Made by a program: the position numbers and the translations under genes | In this document: positions 9,518 through 19,189 of the stretch, one piece after another | Numbering within the stretch: position 1 is the first letter of the stretch | Layout of the letters: each line of letters begins with the position of its first letter | Virus record (IMG/VR): IMGVR_UViG_3300036853_000164 | Location: 1-58,173 of that record | Direction: 5' to 3' (one strand) | Origin: a virus | Taxonomy: Duplodnaviria; Caudoviricetes | Length of the DNA stretch: 58,173 bases | The notes under the pieces: generated by a model | Seen by the model: the letters and a program-made list of their open reading frames with translations, nothing else | Told to the model about the DNA's origin: nothing | Databases searched by the model: none

Positions 9518-9971
9518 GAGCGCGCCTGCCGAGCATGCCGCCCCCGTGCCCTTCGCGGCCAACGCCTGGGCGCTCAAGGAGAGCGCGAACCCGGGCTTCT
9601 ACATTTGCGTGCCGGCCGGCACCACGATCGATGATTGCCTGTCGCCGGCCGTATGGGCGAACGTCGCCGGCAAGATGCGGCCCTACAGCACGATCGAGGT
9701 GCACTGGGCGGATGGCGGCCAGTTCGCCGAGTTCTATGTCGAATCCTGCGGGCGCAACTGGGCCGGCGTCTGGCTGATGCGCCACCACGTTCGGCAGACC
9801 GCGGTGGCCCGCCCGATCGACCGGACCGAACTGGCGGTCTCATTCAACGGGCCGGTCGACAAGTACCGCGTCACCCGGCTGAGCGACAACGCGGTGCTGC
9901 AGGCTGGCTTTGCCTCTGAAAGCGAGGCGCGGCGCTGGGCCGACGAATATCGGCGAAAGCTGGCGGCATGA
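9471..9971 (+). CDS. Hypothetical phage protein
   Basis: 166 aa, GAGGA RBS, coupled to the next gene. Confidence 0.7.
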   Translation: MSKVEKTATSSTMPSESAPAEHAAPVPFAANAWALKESANPGFYICVPAGTTIDDCLSPAVWANVAGKMRPYSTIEVHWADGGQFAEFYVESCGRNWAGVWLMRHHVRQTAVARPIDRTELAVSFNGPVDKYRVTRLSDNAVLQAGFASESEARRWADEYRRKLAA

Positions 9972-10246
9972 CCTTCGACCACGACGCCAAGCGCGTCTCG
10001 GACTCGGTCGTCCACAAGCTCGCCTCCCTCCTGATGGAGGCCAAGCGCGGCAACATCGACGCGGTGGCGGTGATCTCCGTCGACCAGTCCGGCAGGCCGC
10101 GCGTGCATTTCGCGGGGGAGGGCGACCTCGTGCCCTCCGTCAATCTGGGTCTCGACATCCTCAAGGCGACGTTCATGGGCCAGATCGTGAATGCGCCGGG
10201 GGCCGCACAGATGCGTTCGGGCATCGTGCTGCCGGGAGAACAGTGA
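9968..10246 (+). CDS. Hypothetical protein
   Basis: 92 aa, ATGA overlap. Confidence 0.7.
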   Translation: MTFDHDAKRVSDSVVHKLASLLMEAKRGNIDAVAVISVDQSGRPRVHFAGEGDLVPSVNLGLDILKATFMGQIVNAPGAAQMRSGIVLPGEQ

Positions 10247-10247
10247 C

Positions 10248-10430
10248 ATGCCGAAGGAATTAGCGCTGGCATATGCCGCTTACTGGCAAGCAAAACTTCG
10301 GCGCGAAGAGTGGGATGCGTACTGCAAGATTAAACTATTTGGCGGTCAGGACGGCTTCGCTCGCGAAGGCTGGCGCGCCCCGGTAGTTCGTTGGCTGCGC
10401 CGGTTGGCGTACTGCATAGAGAGAGGCTGA
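10248..10430 (+). CDS. Hypothetical protein
   Basis: MPKELALAYAAYW..., GGAG RBS, fills the gap exactly. Confidence 0.55.
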   Translation: MPKELALAYAAYWQAKLRREEWDAYCKIKLFGGQDGFAREGWRAPVVRWLRRLAYCIERG

Positions 10431-10431
10431 C

Positions 10432-10866
10432 ATGGCACTCGGAGCAACAGCGGCGACGAGCATTGTCTTGAGCGCCGTCCAGAGCGGCGGGCGCTTCGTG
10501 GGCAGCCTCGTGAACTTCCTCGCCCAGGACGGCAGCTCGCCCTATTTCCCGGACGTTGGCGATCCGGCCGGCGATGCGCTGCGATACGATTCGGCGCTGC
10601 GCAAGATGGGGTTGTCCATCGGGCAGTGCAACGCAGTGGTCGCGGCCGTCGCGGCCTCGCCGACGAACCCCTGGTTTCAGGGCATGTCGACCACGCAGAG
10701 GCTCGCGCTGCTCGGCGCCGTGGTCGGCAAGATGCAGGCGGCGCTCCTCACGAAGACCTCGGGGCAGAGCAACACGACGAACCTGCTCGCCATCGTGTTC
10801 GACGGCAGCACGCGCGCGATCGAGGGTGGCGATCTCGTCGCCTGGCTCGGGGCGAATATCTTGTGA
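10432..10866 (+). CDS. Hypothetical (possibly virion) protein
   Basis: 144 aa, GAGG RBS. Confidence 0.7.
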   Translation: MALGATAATSIVLSAVQSGGRFVGSLVNFLAQDGSSPYFPDVGDPAGDALRYDSALRKMGLSIGQCNAVVAAVAASPTNPWFQGMSTTQRLALLGAVVGKMQAALLTKTSGQSNTTNLLAIVFDGSTRAIEGGDLVAWLGANIL

Positions 10867-10876
10867 GGAGGCAACC

Positions 10877-11062
10877 ATTCCCCTCAAATCTGGCTCCAGC
10901 GCCAAAACGCGCAGCACCAACATTCGAGAGTTGCTGCACTCGTTCAAGCAATCGGGCAGCATTGGCAATTCAAAGCCGGGCTCGATGAAAAAGGCCGTGG
11001 CGCAGGCTTCGGCGATTGCCTACCGCAAGGCGCGCGAGACGCTCGCCGGACGGGCGAAGTGA
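10877..11062 (+). CDS. Small basic phage protein (MPLKxG...NIREL...AIAY type) with ATT start
   Basis: GAGGAGG RBS 5 nt before ATT CCC CTC AAA; resembles a common phage 'MPLKKG..S.NI.EL' family. Confidence 0.65.
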   Translation: MPLKSGSSAKTRSTNIRELLHSFKQSGSIGNSKPGSMKKAVAQASAIAYRKARETLAGRAK

Positions 11063-11265
11063 TGGCGAAAATATCAAAGACTGACGCGGGCTACGGCCCC
11101 GGCCAGCCACACTGCGGCGTGTGCGTTCATTTCGTCGAGGGCGATTCGGAGGACGACGAAAACGACGCCTGCGAACTCGTCATGGGCAAGATCGACGAGG
11201 ACAAGTTGTGCAAGCTGTTTACCTGGCCGCGGCTGCCGACGCTGGCTGAGAGTGGGGGCGAATGA
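11059..11265 (+). CDS. HiPIP-like four-cysteine mini-protein
   Basis: Y..CxxCxxF..CxxVxGxIxxxxxCxxF spacing; no Tat leader. Confidence 0.6.
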   Translation: MMAKISKTDAGYGPGQPHCGVCVHFVEGDSEDDENDACELVMGKIDEDKLCKLFTWPRLPTLAESGGE

Positions 11266-11927
11266 CCACCTCGAAACTATCGATCTACAACCAAAGCCTA
11301 GGCCATCTCCAGGAGCGCAGCATCGCCTCGCTCTCGGAGAACCGCGAGCCGCGGCGCGTGCTCGATGACTACTGGGACCAGGAAACGGCATGGTGCCTGG
11401 AAAGGCACTTCTGGAACTTCGGCTATCGCTCTGACCAGATTGACGCCTCGACCACGATCACGCCGTCGTTCGGGTTCCTCTATGCCTTCAACATCCCCAG
11501 CGATTGGATACGGACGCGCAAACTCTCCGCGGTGCCGACCTTCGATCCGCCCCTGCTGCAATTCGCAGAAGAGGCCGGGTTCTGGTACACCAACATCACG
11601 CCGATCTATGTGCAGTACAATTCGAGCCATTCCCAGTATGGCATGGACATGGGCAAATGGCCGGCGTCGTTCGTCGACTTCGTGGCGCTGCGGCTTGCTC
11701 GGAAAGCAGCGGGTCGAATTACCAACAAGGCCGAATTGCTGTTCGGCCCGGACGGCCTGATCAAGCAAGAGGAAAAGGCCCGCAAGACTGCAGCCTCCAT
11801 CTGCGCCATGAATGAGCCGGTCGGCTTCCAGCCGCAATCCAGTTGGATACGCTCGCGGCGCGGGTTTGCGACGCAGATGCCGGGGCCGGGCGGGGACTCG
11901 CCGACGGGCGGGAGCCTGATCCCGTAA
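11262..11927 (+). CDS. Tail tubular protein A / head-tail adaptor (T7 gp11-like)
   Basis: 'L.IYNQSL.HL', 'HFWNF', 'YAFNIPSDWIR' motifs; precedes the nozzle gene. Confidence 0.85.
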   Translation: MTTSKLSIYNQSLGHLQERSIASLSENREPRRVLDDYWDQETAWCLERHFWNFGYRSDQIDASTTITPSFGFLYAFNIPSDWIRTRKLSAVPTFDPPLLQFAEEAGFWYTNITPIYVQYNSSHSQYGMDMGKWPASFVDFVALRLARKAAGRITNKAELLFGPDGLIKQEEKARKTAASICAMNEPVGFQPQSSWIRSRRGFATQMPGPGGDSPTGGSLIP

Positions 11928-11928
11928 C

Positions 11929-14900
11929 ATGAGGGTCAACGCCCCGCTGATGGCTCTAAACAGGGGCGAATGTTCGAAGCTCGCCCTCGCCCGCGTCGAC
12001 CTCGCCAAGCTGCAGCTCGCCGCGGAATGTCAACTCAACTGGATGCCTTGGGTGATGGGTGCCATGATGCTGCGGCCCGGTCTCAACTATGTCGGCGAGG
12101 TCGACGGCGACAATCCGGCTTGGCTGATCGACTTCATCTACTCAAAGACCGACACGGCGCTGCTCGAACTCACCGCGAACAAGTTGCGGGTGTGGATCAA
12201 TGACGCGCTCCTGACCCGCGTCGCTGTATCGACGACCGTCCTCGATCCCACCTTTACCGGCACCGGAAGCCACTGGACGACGAGCGACACAACGGACGGC
12301 TGCACGGCCACGGTGACGGGCGGCGTCGCGACGCTCACCGCATCGGCCCGCGGCGGCCTCTCCCGCATCAAGCAGACGTTGACGATCGCCGCGCCCGACC
12401 AGAACGTGGAACACGCGCTGCGCGTCGTCGTCACCGACGGCCCGGTCACCATACGGGTCGGCTCCTCGGACGGCCTGCAGGACTACATGACCTCGACGGC
12501 GATCGACGAGGGCACGCATTCGCTGGTATTCACCCCGACCGGCGGCAGCGCCTTCTTGCAGATCGAGAGCACCGATACGTGGGCGAAGACGCTCACGGGC
12601 TGCACGATCGAGGCGGCCGGCATTGTGTCGATCACGACGCCATGGGGCGCCTCTACCCTCTCGACCCTGCGCTGGGCGAACTCGCTCGACGTCGTCTATG
12701 TCGCCCAGTACGGCGGCCAGCAGTACAAGATCGAACGGCGCGGCACCCGGCCAGGGGCCCGGGGCTGGTCGGTGGTCAAATACAAGACGGCCAACGGGCC
12801 GTTTCTCAACCTGCCGACCTTGCCGAATGTGACCCTCACGCCCTCGGTCTATGAGGGCAACGGAACATTGACGGCGTCGCGGCCGTTTTTCCAGACAGGC
12901 CATGTCGGCGCGCTGTTCCAGCTGTTCACCAACGGGCAAGATGTCAAAACCTTCCTCGGTGCGGCGGGGGCATTCACGGATCCGGTCGTGATCGATGGGT
13001 TTGGCCCCGATCGGAAGTTCGGGATCACGACCACCGGCACATGGTCGGGCACGCTCACGATCCAACGGTCATTGGTGGGCCCGACTACCGGCTTTGAGAT
13101 CGCCACCAACAACGCGACGGCACCGACGATAACGACGAATGCCACCAAACTTTTCGACGACACTTCGTCGGGCTACAACGGCGCCAAGCTTTGGGTCAGG
13201 GTCGGCTTTGTCGCGGCGGCCGATTACACGAGCGGCGCGGCGGGCGTCCAGTTCACCAATCCCAGCGGCGCCACTTTCGGCCTCGTGACAGGCGGCGCCG
13301 TCGACAATGGCGGCCAGTATGGCATCTGCCGCGTGACCGGCTACACCTCGCCGACGCAAGTCTCGATCGAGGTGCTGTCCTATGGCGCGCTCAATGGCGG
13401 CGGCGGGTTTAGTTCGCTGCGCGGCACCACCAATTGGGCAGAGGGCGCATGGAGCGGCGTCCAGGGCTGGCCGAACTCGGTGGCGTTCCATGAGGGCCGG
13501 CTCGGCTGGTTCTCGGCGGCGCAATTCCCGATGGCATTGAGCCAGTCCAACAATTACACCGGCTTCGCCTCGATCGATATGTTTGGCGAGTCCTTGGGCG
13601 ATGCCGGTGTCATCCTGCAGAGCTTTGGCGAAGGTCCCGCCGACCGGGTTAACTTCGCGCTGGGCCTGCAACGCCTTTTGCTCGGCCGCGAGGAATCGAT
13701 TGCCTCGGTCCGGTCCAGTTCTTTCGACGCGCCGCTGACCCCGACCGACTGCGCGATCAAGAATTGCTCCGACCAAGGCGCGACCAGGCTGCCGGCGGTC
13801 ACGGCGGGCAAGCGTGGCATTTATGCCGGTACGGGTGGTCGAGTTTACGAACTGGCATTTGCCCCCCAGGAAGCGGACTACGGCGAGCGCGACCTCACGC
13901 GGCTCAACACCGAGATCGGAATTCCCGGCTTTGTCGACGTCGCGCTGGCGCGTCAGACCGACCGCACCCTGTACCTGCCGCGCGGCGATGGCATGGCTGC
14001 CTGCCTGCTCTACGACCCTGGCGACGAGGTCGAGGCGTGGTGGCGGCTCATGACGCTCGGCATCATCGAAAACGTGCGGCGGCTGCCAAACTACGACAAC
14101 ACGGGGCCCGACGATTACACATACTTCGTGGTCAAGCGCACCGTGAACGGGTCCACCAAGCGCTTCATTGAGAAGATGGCGCAGCGCACCGATTGCATTG
14201 GCGGCCTGTCGAATCAGCAACTGGACAGCGCCTATGTCTATTCCGGCGTCGCGGTCTCCTCGATTACGATTTCCTGGCTGCCGAGCACGACTGTTTCGGT
14301 ATGGGCGGACGGCGCGTTTATCGGCACGGGAACGACGGACGGTTCGGGTATCCTTTCGCCCCTTCCAGATGGCCTCGCGCATACGAGTATCGTCGCCGGC
14401 TTGACCGGGGGCACGTTCACCTATTCCGGGGCAGAGGCCTCCGTCATCACCGGGCTTGACGCCTATGACCTGCTTCCGGGGGAGTTCTTTGCCGATCAGC
14501 AGCCTTCGGGCCGGATGATCCGCATCGGCACGCTCACGCCCTCCGGCGGGTCGGTCACGCTGCCGAACGGCATACAGTCCGCGAACGTCGTCGGCTTCTT
14601 CGGCTACCAGGCGCCGTTCATGTCGGCGAAGCTCGCCTATGGCGCCCAGCGCGGCTCGGCACTCACGCAAAAGAAACGGATCGACCACATCGGCCTGGCG
14701 GGCTTCGATATGAGCGCAGTCGGCCTGCAATTCGGCCAGCGGTTCGATCGGCTCGATTCGCTGCCCCTGATCGAGGATGGCGCGGCGGTATCTACCGGCG
14801 GCGTTTGGAGCGAGTTCGACCAGCCGATGATCGAGCTACCCGGGGAATACGACACCGACGCGCGGCTATGTCTGCTGGCGCAAGCGCCGTATCCGGCGAA

Positions 14901-14943
14901 GGTTGGCGGAATTGTTCTGGGGGTGGCTACGAACGAGATGTGA
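11929..14943 (+). CDS. Tail tubular protein B / nozzle (T7 gp12-like)
   Basis: 1004 aa; N-terminal 'LNRGE.S..ARVDL..RPG'; 'GWPNSVAFHEGRL'. Confidence 0.85.
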   Translation: MRVNAPLMALNRGECSKLALARVDLAKLQLAAECQLNWMPWVMGAMMLRPGLNYVGEVDGDNPAWLIDFIYSKTDTALLELTANKLRVWINDALLTRVAVSTTVLDPTFTGTGSHWTTSDTTDGCTATVTGGVATLTASARGGLSRIKQTLTIAAPDQNVEHALRVVVTDGPVTIRVGSSDGLQDYMTSTAIDEGTHSLVFTPTGGSAFLQIESTDTWAKTLTGCTIEAAGIVSITTPWGASTLSTLRWANSLDVVYVAQYGGQQYKIERRGTRPGARGWSVVKYKTANGPFLNLPTLPNVTLTPSVYEGNGTLTASRPFFQTGHVGALFQLFTNGQDVKTFLGAAGAFTDPVVIDGFGPDRKFGITTTGTWSGTLTIQRSLVGPTTGFEIATNNATAPTITTNATKLFDDTSSGYNGAKLWVRVGFVAAADYTSGAAGVQFTNPSGATFGLVTGGAVDNGGQYGICRVTGYTSPTQVSIEVLSYGALNGGGGFSSLRGTTNWAEGAWSGVQGWPNSVAFHEGRLGWFSAAQFPMALSQSNNYTGFASIDMFGESLGDAGVILQSFGEGPADRVNFALGLQRLLLGREESIASVRSSSFDAPLTPTDCAIKNCSDQGATRLPAVTAGKRGIYAGTGGRVYELAFAPQEADYGERDLTRLNTEIGIPGFVDVALARQTDRTLYLPRGDGMAACLLYDPGDEVEAWWRLMTLGIIENVRRLPNYDNTGPDDYTYFVVKRTVNGSTKRFIEKMAQRTDCIGGLSNQQLDSAYVYSGVAVSSITISWLPSTTVSVWADGAFIGTGTTDGSGILSPLPDGLAHTSIVAGLTGGTFTYSGAEASVITGLDAYDLLPGEFFADQQPSGRMIRIGTLTPSGGSVTLPNGIQSANVVGFFGYQAPFMSAKLAYGAQRGSALTQKKRIDHIGLAGFDMSAVGLQFGQRFDRLDSLPLIEDGAAVSTGGVWSEFDQPMIELPGEYDTDARLCLLAQAPYPAKVGGIVLGVATNEM

Positions 14944-15142
14944 CGGGCGCCGTCTTAATGAATAACGTTTTGCCGCCAGGGGCGATAACGGCTTCCGTGA
15001 TGACATGATCGTATCGGGCGCCACGGTGCAGCTGCCACAGTTTCCCGCCTCTTTCGTCAATCTCCTCAAAGCCAGCTGCAATCAACCGCTTTTCTATGCG
15101 GCGACGGTCTAGCAAGTCCCGCGTTAATTGCGTCACCATCAT
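14927..15142 (-). CDS. Hypothetical protein (antisense moron)
   Basis: MMVTQLTRDLLDRRRIEKRLIAAGFEE...; GGAGGG RBS on the minus strand; fills the intergenic gap. Confidence 0.5.
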   Translation of the reverse strand: MMVTQLTRDLLDRRRIEKRLIAAGFEEIDERGGKLWQLHRGARYDHVITEAVIAPGGKTLFIKTAPVTSRS

Positions 15143-15614
15143 GCGCGTCACCCTCCGTCCAACCATTGCCGAAGATATCCAGTTCGTTACCGACAAGCCA
15201 CTCCCCGCCCGCATCCAGGGGATAACCGCCGAACTCGACGGCCGCGTGCTCGGCATCGGCGGCTTCTCCTTCCGGGAGGGCGGCTCAATCGTTGCCTTCG
15301 TCGCCATGACCGATGAGGCCCGGGAATATCCCGTCGCCATCCATCGCGCGGGACTTGCCGCAATGGCGCTGGCGCGACGTGAGGGATATCCCCGGATCGT
15401 CGCCGAAGCGGAGTCGGACAATCCTGCGGCGGAGCGGTGGCTGGTGCGGCTAGGGTTTCGGCGCACGGTGCTGATGGGCCGAGAGGCTTTCATATGGGAG
15501 CGCGCCGGCCAGAACTGTCACCTGAAACCGGCGGCTCCAGGACCGTCAAACTGTTCCAGTTCGCTGAGCGAGGGGACCGTGAGCAGCCAGCCGCGCTCCT
15601 CGATGGTGGCATAA
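15141..15614 (+). CDS. GNAT-fold protein (T7 gp13-position)
   Basis: 'NPAAERWLVRLGF' motif; between nozzle and ejection proteins. Confidence 0.7.
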   Translation: MRVTLRPTIAEDIQFVTDKPLPARIQGITAELDGRVLGIGGFSFREGGSIVAFVAMTDEAREYPVAIHRAGLAAMALARREGYPRIVAEAESDNPAAERWLVRLGFRRTVLMGREAFIWERAGQNCHLKPAAPGPSNCSSSLSEGTVSSQPRSSMVA

Positions 15615-15838
15615 ATAAGCGCGGTGATCTCGACCGCTCTCTTTACGACTTCGTCGGGCTCAAGCCTCCTATAAAGCGGCTCGCCGCTCTTGCTCTCTCC
15701 ATCTGGAAACGCGGCAAGGGCTAGACTCCTCGCGATGTCGAGCGCGGTTGAGCCTCGCGGGTCGAGCTTGGTCCGGTCATGCAACATGACCTGAGCATGA
15801 GGCGGCTTGAGCGTTATTTTCATCTCTGGGGGCTGCAC
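15518..15838 (-). CDS. Hypothetical protein (antisense insertion)
   Basis: AAAGGAG RBS; flanked by a near-direct repeat. Confidence 0.6.
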   Translation of the reverse strand: MQPPEMKITLKPPHAQVMLHDRTKLDPRGSTALDIARSLALAAFPDGESKSGEPLYRRLEPDEVVKRAVEITALIYATIEERGWLLTVPSLSELEQFDGPGAAGFR

Positions 15839-15956
15839 CTGGACTCCTTTCGTGTGGGAGCGCGGCGACCCTAATCCGGCGTCACCGACGGATCACCCTC
15901 ACCACGGCGGATGAGCGGCGCGTAATCGGCCGCCGCAATTCAAGGTCATAGCTGGA

Positions 15957-16514
15957 ATGTTCACCGACCGCTATAGCGCTGGCCTGTGGGAACGCGCCAC
16001 CTTCGATCCGCTGTCGATGACGGCGATAGGGCTTTCGGTCGCCGGAGGCGCCCTGTCCGCGGGCGGGACGCTCGCCGCCGGCAATACAGCGGCCCAAGCC
16101 GGCAAGTTGGAGAAGGCGGCGGCGGACTACAAGGCGACACAGCTGCGCCAGAATGCGGCCCTCGCGATCAGGGGCGGCCAAGTGCAGGCGGCGGACACAG
16201 AACTTAAGACCAAGGCGGCGATCTCGTCGTCCACCGCGCGGGCTGCAGCATCGGGAGTCGATGCCGGGGTCGGCTCGCCGGCAACCAACGTCGGCGAGAT
16301 CGCGAAGCGGGGCAGCTACCTCGCGAGCATGGATTTGTGGCGGGGCCGGTCTCAGGCTAGCGGGCTCCTAAACGCGGCGCAGGCGGCAACCTACGAAGGG
16401 GACGTCGCCGAACTTGAGGGGGAGGAGAAGAAAAAGGCGTCATATCTCGCAGCCGCCGGCACGCTGGCCGGCTCGGCGGGCTCCTCTCTCGGCACCTATG
16501 CGAAAAATAGCTGA
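15957..16514 (+). CDS. Internal virion/ejection protein 1 (T7 gp14-like)
   Basis: Ala/Gly-rich with hydrophobic ends, 'AAASGVD..GSP' motif. Confidence 0.8.
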   Translation: MFTDRYSAGLWERATFDPLSMTAIGLSVAGGALSAGGTLAAGNTAAQAGKLEKAAADYKATQLRQNAALAIRGGQVQAADTELKTKAAISSSTARAAASGVDAGVGSPATNVGEIAKRGSYLASMDLWRGRSQASGLLNAAQAATYEGDVAELEGEEKKKASYLAAAGTLAGSAGSSLGTYAKNS

Positions 16515-19189
16515 TGGCAAGGCTGCCAGGCGCACTTGAGCTCGGCGAGACGCCATCGATCGGGCCTCGTCCGGTCGCCAACGTCGATGTTTCGGGTTTT
16601 GCCCGCGGCGGGGCCGCGCTTGCGGCCGGCGCGGAAAAACTGGGCCAGGGCATCTCGCAGGTCGGCCGGGAGGTCAGCGAGGTCCAGCAGAAGTGGAATG
16701 AGTCGCGAGCATTCGACGCGCACGCGGGCGCGGCGGCGGAACTCCTCAGCCTGCATAGTGAACTACAAAAGAGCAAGGATTACGGCACCCTCGATTCTCA
16801 GTACCAGGATCAATCGAAGCAGATCGTTGATCGCTGGGCGCAGACCATCCCATCGGGGCGGTTGCGCGAACATTTCCTTGCCTCGCAGGGCGAAGCGGTG
16901 GCCCGCGGCGCGGCATCCGTCAGCCAGATGGCCTTCCACGGGATGGCGCAGTCCGACGCCGACAGGCGCAAGGCCGCGCTGATGGACATCGAGTCCAAGA
17001 TCGGCGAGGACCCGACAAACGCCTTCTTGCCCGACGCCATGAGAGGCCTAGGCCTGAGCGTCGATAGCGCGGTCGCTGCCGGATACGAAACCAAAGAGCG
17101 CGGGGATCTGGAAAAGCGAGCGGCGGCCGTGCAGATCGCGATCCGGACAAACGAAGTCGAGTATAACCGCGATCCCGTGGGCTGGCTGCAGGCGCACGGT
17201 TACGAGCCGCGCCAGTCCAGGGCGCTCGCCAAGCTGCAGGATCTTTCGGAGCGCTCGACGTTCCGGGGCGGCGCTCTGCCACCGGACGCGGTGAAGGGCT
17301 TTATTTTCCATCACACCAGCGGCAGCGGCACGGCGGAAGGGGTTGTCGACACCCTCAATCAGCGCGGTCTTGGCGTTCAATATGTGATGGATCGCGACGG
17401 TTCGATCTATCGCACGCTGCCGAACGGGGCGCGCGGCGCCCATATGCTGCCGTCCAAGATCAACGACCTCTCCAATGCCAACACCGAAGGCATGGAGATC
17501 ATCGCCAAGAATAACAGTGACGTGACTCCAGCGCAGGTCGCATCGGCCAAACGGTTTGCAGAGGACTATCAGAAGTCGCATCCCGGCGTGGCGTTCTTCG
17601 GGCACGGCGAGGTCAATCCAGGCCACAAGGAAGCAGACGAGGGCATGGCCGTCGTCAACGCCGTGCGCGACGGGGGCGGCGTCGGTGGCGGGGGCGGGGA
17701 CACTTCCGGCTTCAACAGGATCGACCCACTTACGCAGATGCGGATGGTGACGCAGGCGCGGTCACTGGCGCAGCGGCGCGCGAGCGACGAGGTTGCGGTC
17801 AACAATCTCGCGATCAATGACCGCACGCAGCAATATGAACGGCTTCTGATCGATGCCTCCGCGGGGCGTGGCGCGATGCCGCCGCGGGAGATGATCGAAT
17901 CTGACCTGGTGCTCTCCGGAAATGAGGCGCACCGCAATACGCTGTTGCGCCAGTGGGATAACGCCAACAAGCAAGATGAGGCTTTCCAGTCATGGTGGGA
18001 GCGCTTCAAGAATCCCGACGCTGGCCCGTTCAATCAAGTCGACACTGACGACAAAAAGCAGGCTGACAAAGCCTACCACATACTCGTGAACGGCGACCCG
18101 GAAAGGGAATTGCCGGTCCTGCAGTCCATTGTGGACCGTACCGGCATCGTGCCCGAGAGCGCGGCCACGGCGATGGCTGGCGCGCTGGTCTCCAATAGCC
18201 CGCAACGTATTGGCGCGGCGGCGCAGATGGCATTGAACCTGACGGCGCGTAACCCGCAGATATTTGCGGGGGTAAAAGATGGCAAGGAGCTGGCGGCAGC
18301 GGCCGTGGCTTACGAGCACTACTCGCAATACTTTGGGCCTGAGCGCGCGGGCCAAATCATCGCGGAGCACAATTCGCCAGAGTACAAGGCAAAAGTCGCC
18401 GCTCGCATCAAAGGCGAGGATGTCAACGAAATCATCAAGAAGCAGCTTACCCCCGGCGATTTAGAGAAGGGTTTTGGGGAAGGGTGGGGCGGCGTTGAAA
18501 CTGGATTCTGGGCAGGCAAGGAACCCCTGCGGCACCCTTTCACTACAGGCCGCCCCAACGTCGAGTTCACCGAAGAGGGCAAAGACGCGGCCTTCGCCGA
18601 CTATGCGGAGCTGTTCAAAGACAATTACCAGAATTATGGAGACATCGCCCTCGCCAAGACGCAGGCGATCGAGCAAATGAAAAAGATTTGGGGCGTATCG
18701 CATATCACGGGCAAGGCGACCGGCGCGCTGATGCGTTTCCCGCCAGAGCAGGCGCCGGCTTATGCCGGCATCCCCGACCTATCGACGCGGATCGCTGATC
18801 AGGCCATTGAGGCTATCAAAGCTGAGAGCGCGCCGTCGGGGCCGCAACTCGAATCGGGCGCTCCCGTCGGACTTCCGGTCAGCCGGGACCAGATCATTTT
18901 GACGCCGGTGCCCCGCGGGCAAACAGCGCAAGCCTACATGGCAGGGCAGCCTGTGCCTTATCTGCTTTCCTGGCGCGACAAGGACGGGACGACGCACATG
19001 CTCAATCCTGGACGCGCCTTCGTCTTCGACGGCCACGCCGAGCGGGAGAAGATCAGCGAGGAGCGGCGTCTCGGACTGGAGAAGGGGGCTGCGCGCGCGC
19101 GCGAGGGGAATACCTACATCGTCGGCACGCCTTCGCCGGCAGAGCGCCTGCGGTCGGGCCAGCCGCTCGAGCTAGGCGCAGTTCAATAA
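16514..19189 (+). CDS. Internal virion/ejection protein 2 with an N-acetylmuramoyl-L-alanine amidase domain
   Basis: 'FIFHHT', 'QYVMDRDGSIY', 'GAH', 'GMEI', 'FGHGEV' at ~17290-17670. Confidence 0.75.
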   Translation: MARLPGALELGETPSIGPRPVANVDVSGFARGGAALAAGAEKLGQGISQVGREVSEVQQKWNESRAFDAHAGAAAELLSLHSELQKSKDYGTLDSQYQDQSKQIVDRWAQTIPSGRLREHFLASQGEAVARGAASVSQMAFHGMAQSDADRRKAALMDIESKIGEDPTNAFLPDAMRGLGLSVDSAVAAGYETKERGDLEKRAAAVQIAIRTNEVEYNRDPVGWLQAHGYEPRQSRALAKLQDLSERSTFRGGALPPDAVKGFIFHHTSGSGTAEGVVDTLNQRGLGVQYVMDRDGSIYRTLPNGARGAHMLPSKINDLSNANTEGMEIIAKNNSDVTPAQVASAKRFAEDYQKSHPGVAFFGHGEVNPGHKEADEGMAVVNAVRDGGGVGGGGGDTSGFNRIDPLTQMRMVTQARSLAQRRASDEVAVNNLAINDRTQQYERLLIDASAGRGAMPPREMIESDLVLSGNEAHRNTLLRQWDNANKQDEAFQSWWERFKNPDAGPFNQVDTDDKKQADKAYHILVNGDPERELPVLQSIVDRTGIVPESAATAMAGALVSNSPQRIGAAAQMALNLTARNPQIFAGVKDGKELAAAAVAYEHYSQYFGPERAGQIIAEHNSPEYKAKVAARIKGEDVNEIIKKQLTPGDLEKGFGEGWGGVETGFWAGKEPLRHPFTTGRPNVEFTEEGKDAAFADYAELFKDNYQNYGDIALAKTQAIEQMKKIWGVSHITGKATGALMRFPPEQAPAYAGIPDLSTRIADQAIEAIKAESAPSGPQLESGAPVGLPVSRDQIILTPVPRGQTAQAYMAGQPVPYLLSWRDKDGTTHMLNPGRAFVFDGHAEREKISEERRLGLEKGAARAREGNTYIVGTPSPAERLRSGQPLELGAVQ

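Noticed and set aside
13069-14730. Long antisense ORFs (also 39251-40552, 54611-56014, 20552-21643)
   Set aside because: Typical stop-poor antisense frames of high-GC genes with no recognisable motifs
15487-15870. DGR template/variable repeat pair (two A-to-G differences; BPP-1-like phage)
   Set aside because: Repeat is only ~18-24 bp, includes non-adenine changes, and no reverse transcriptase is encoded
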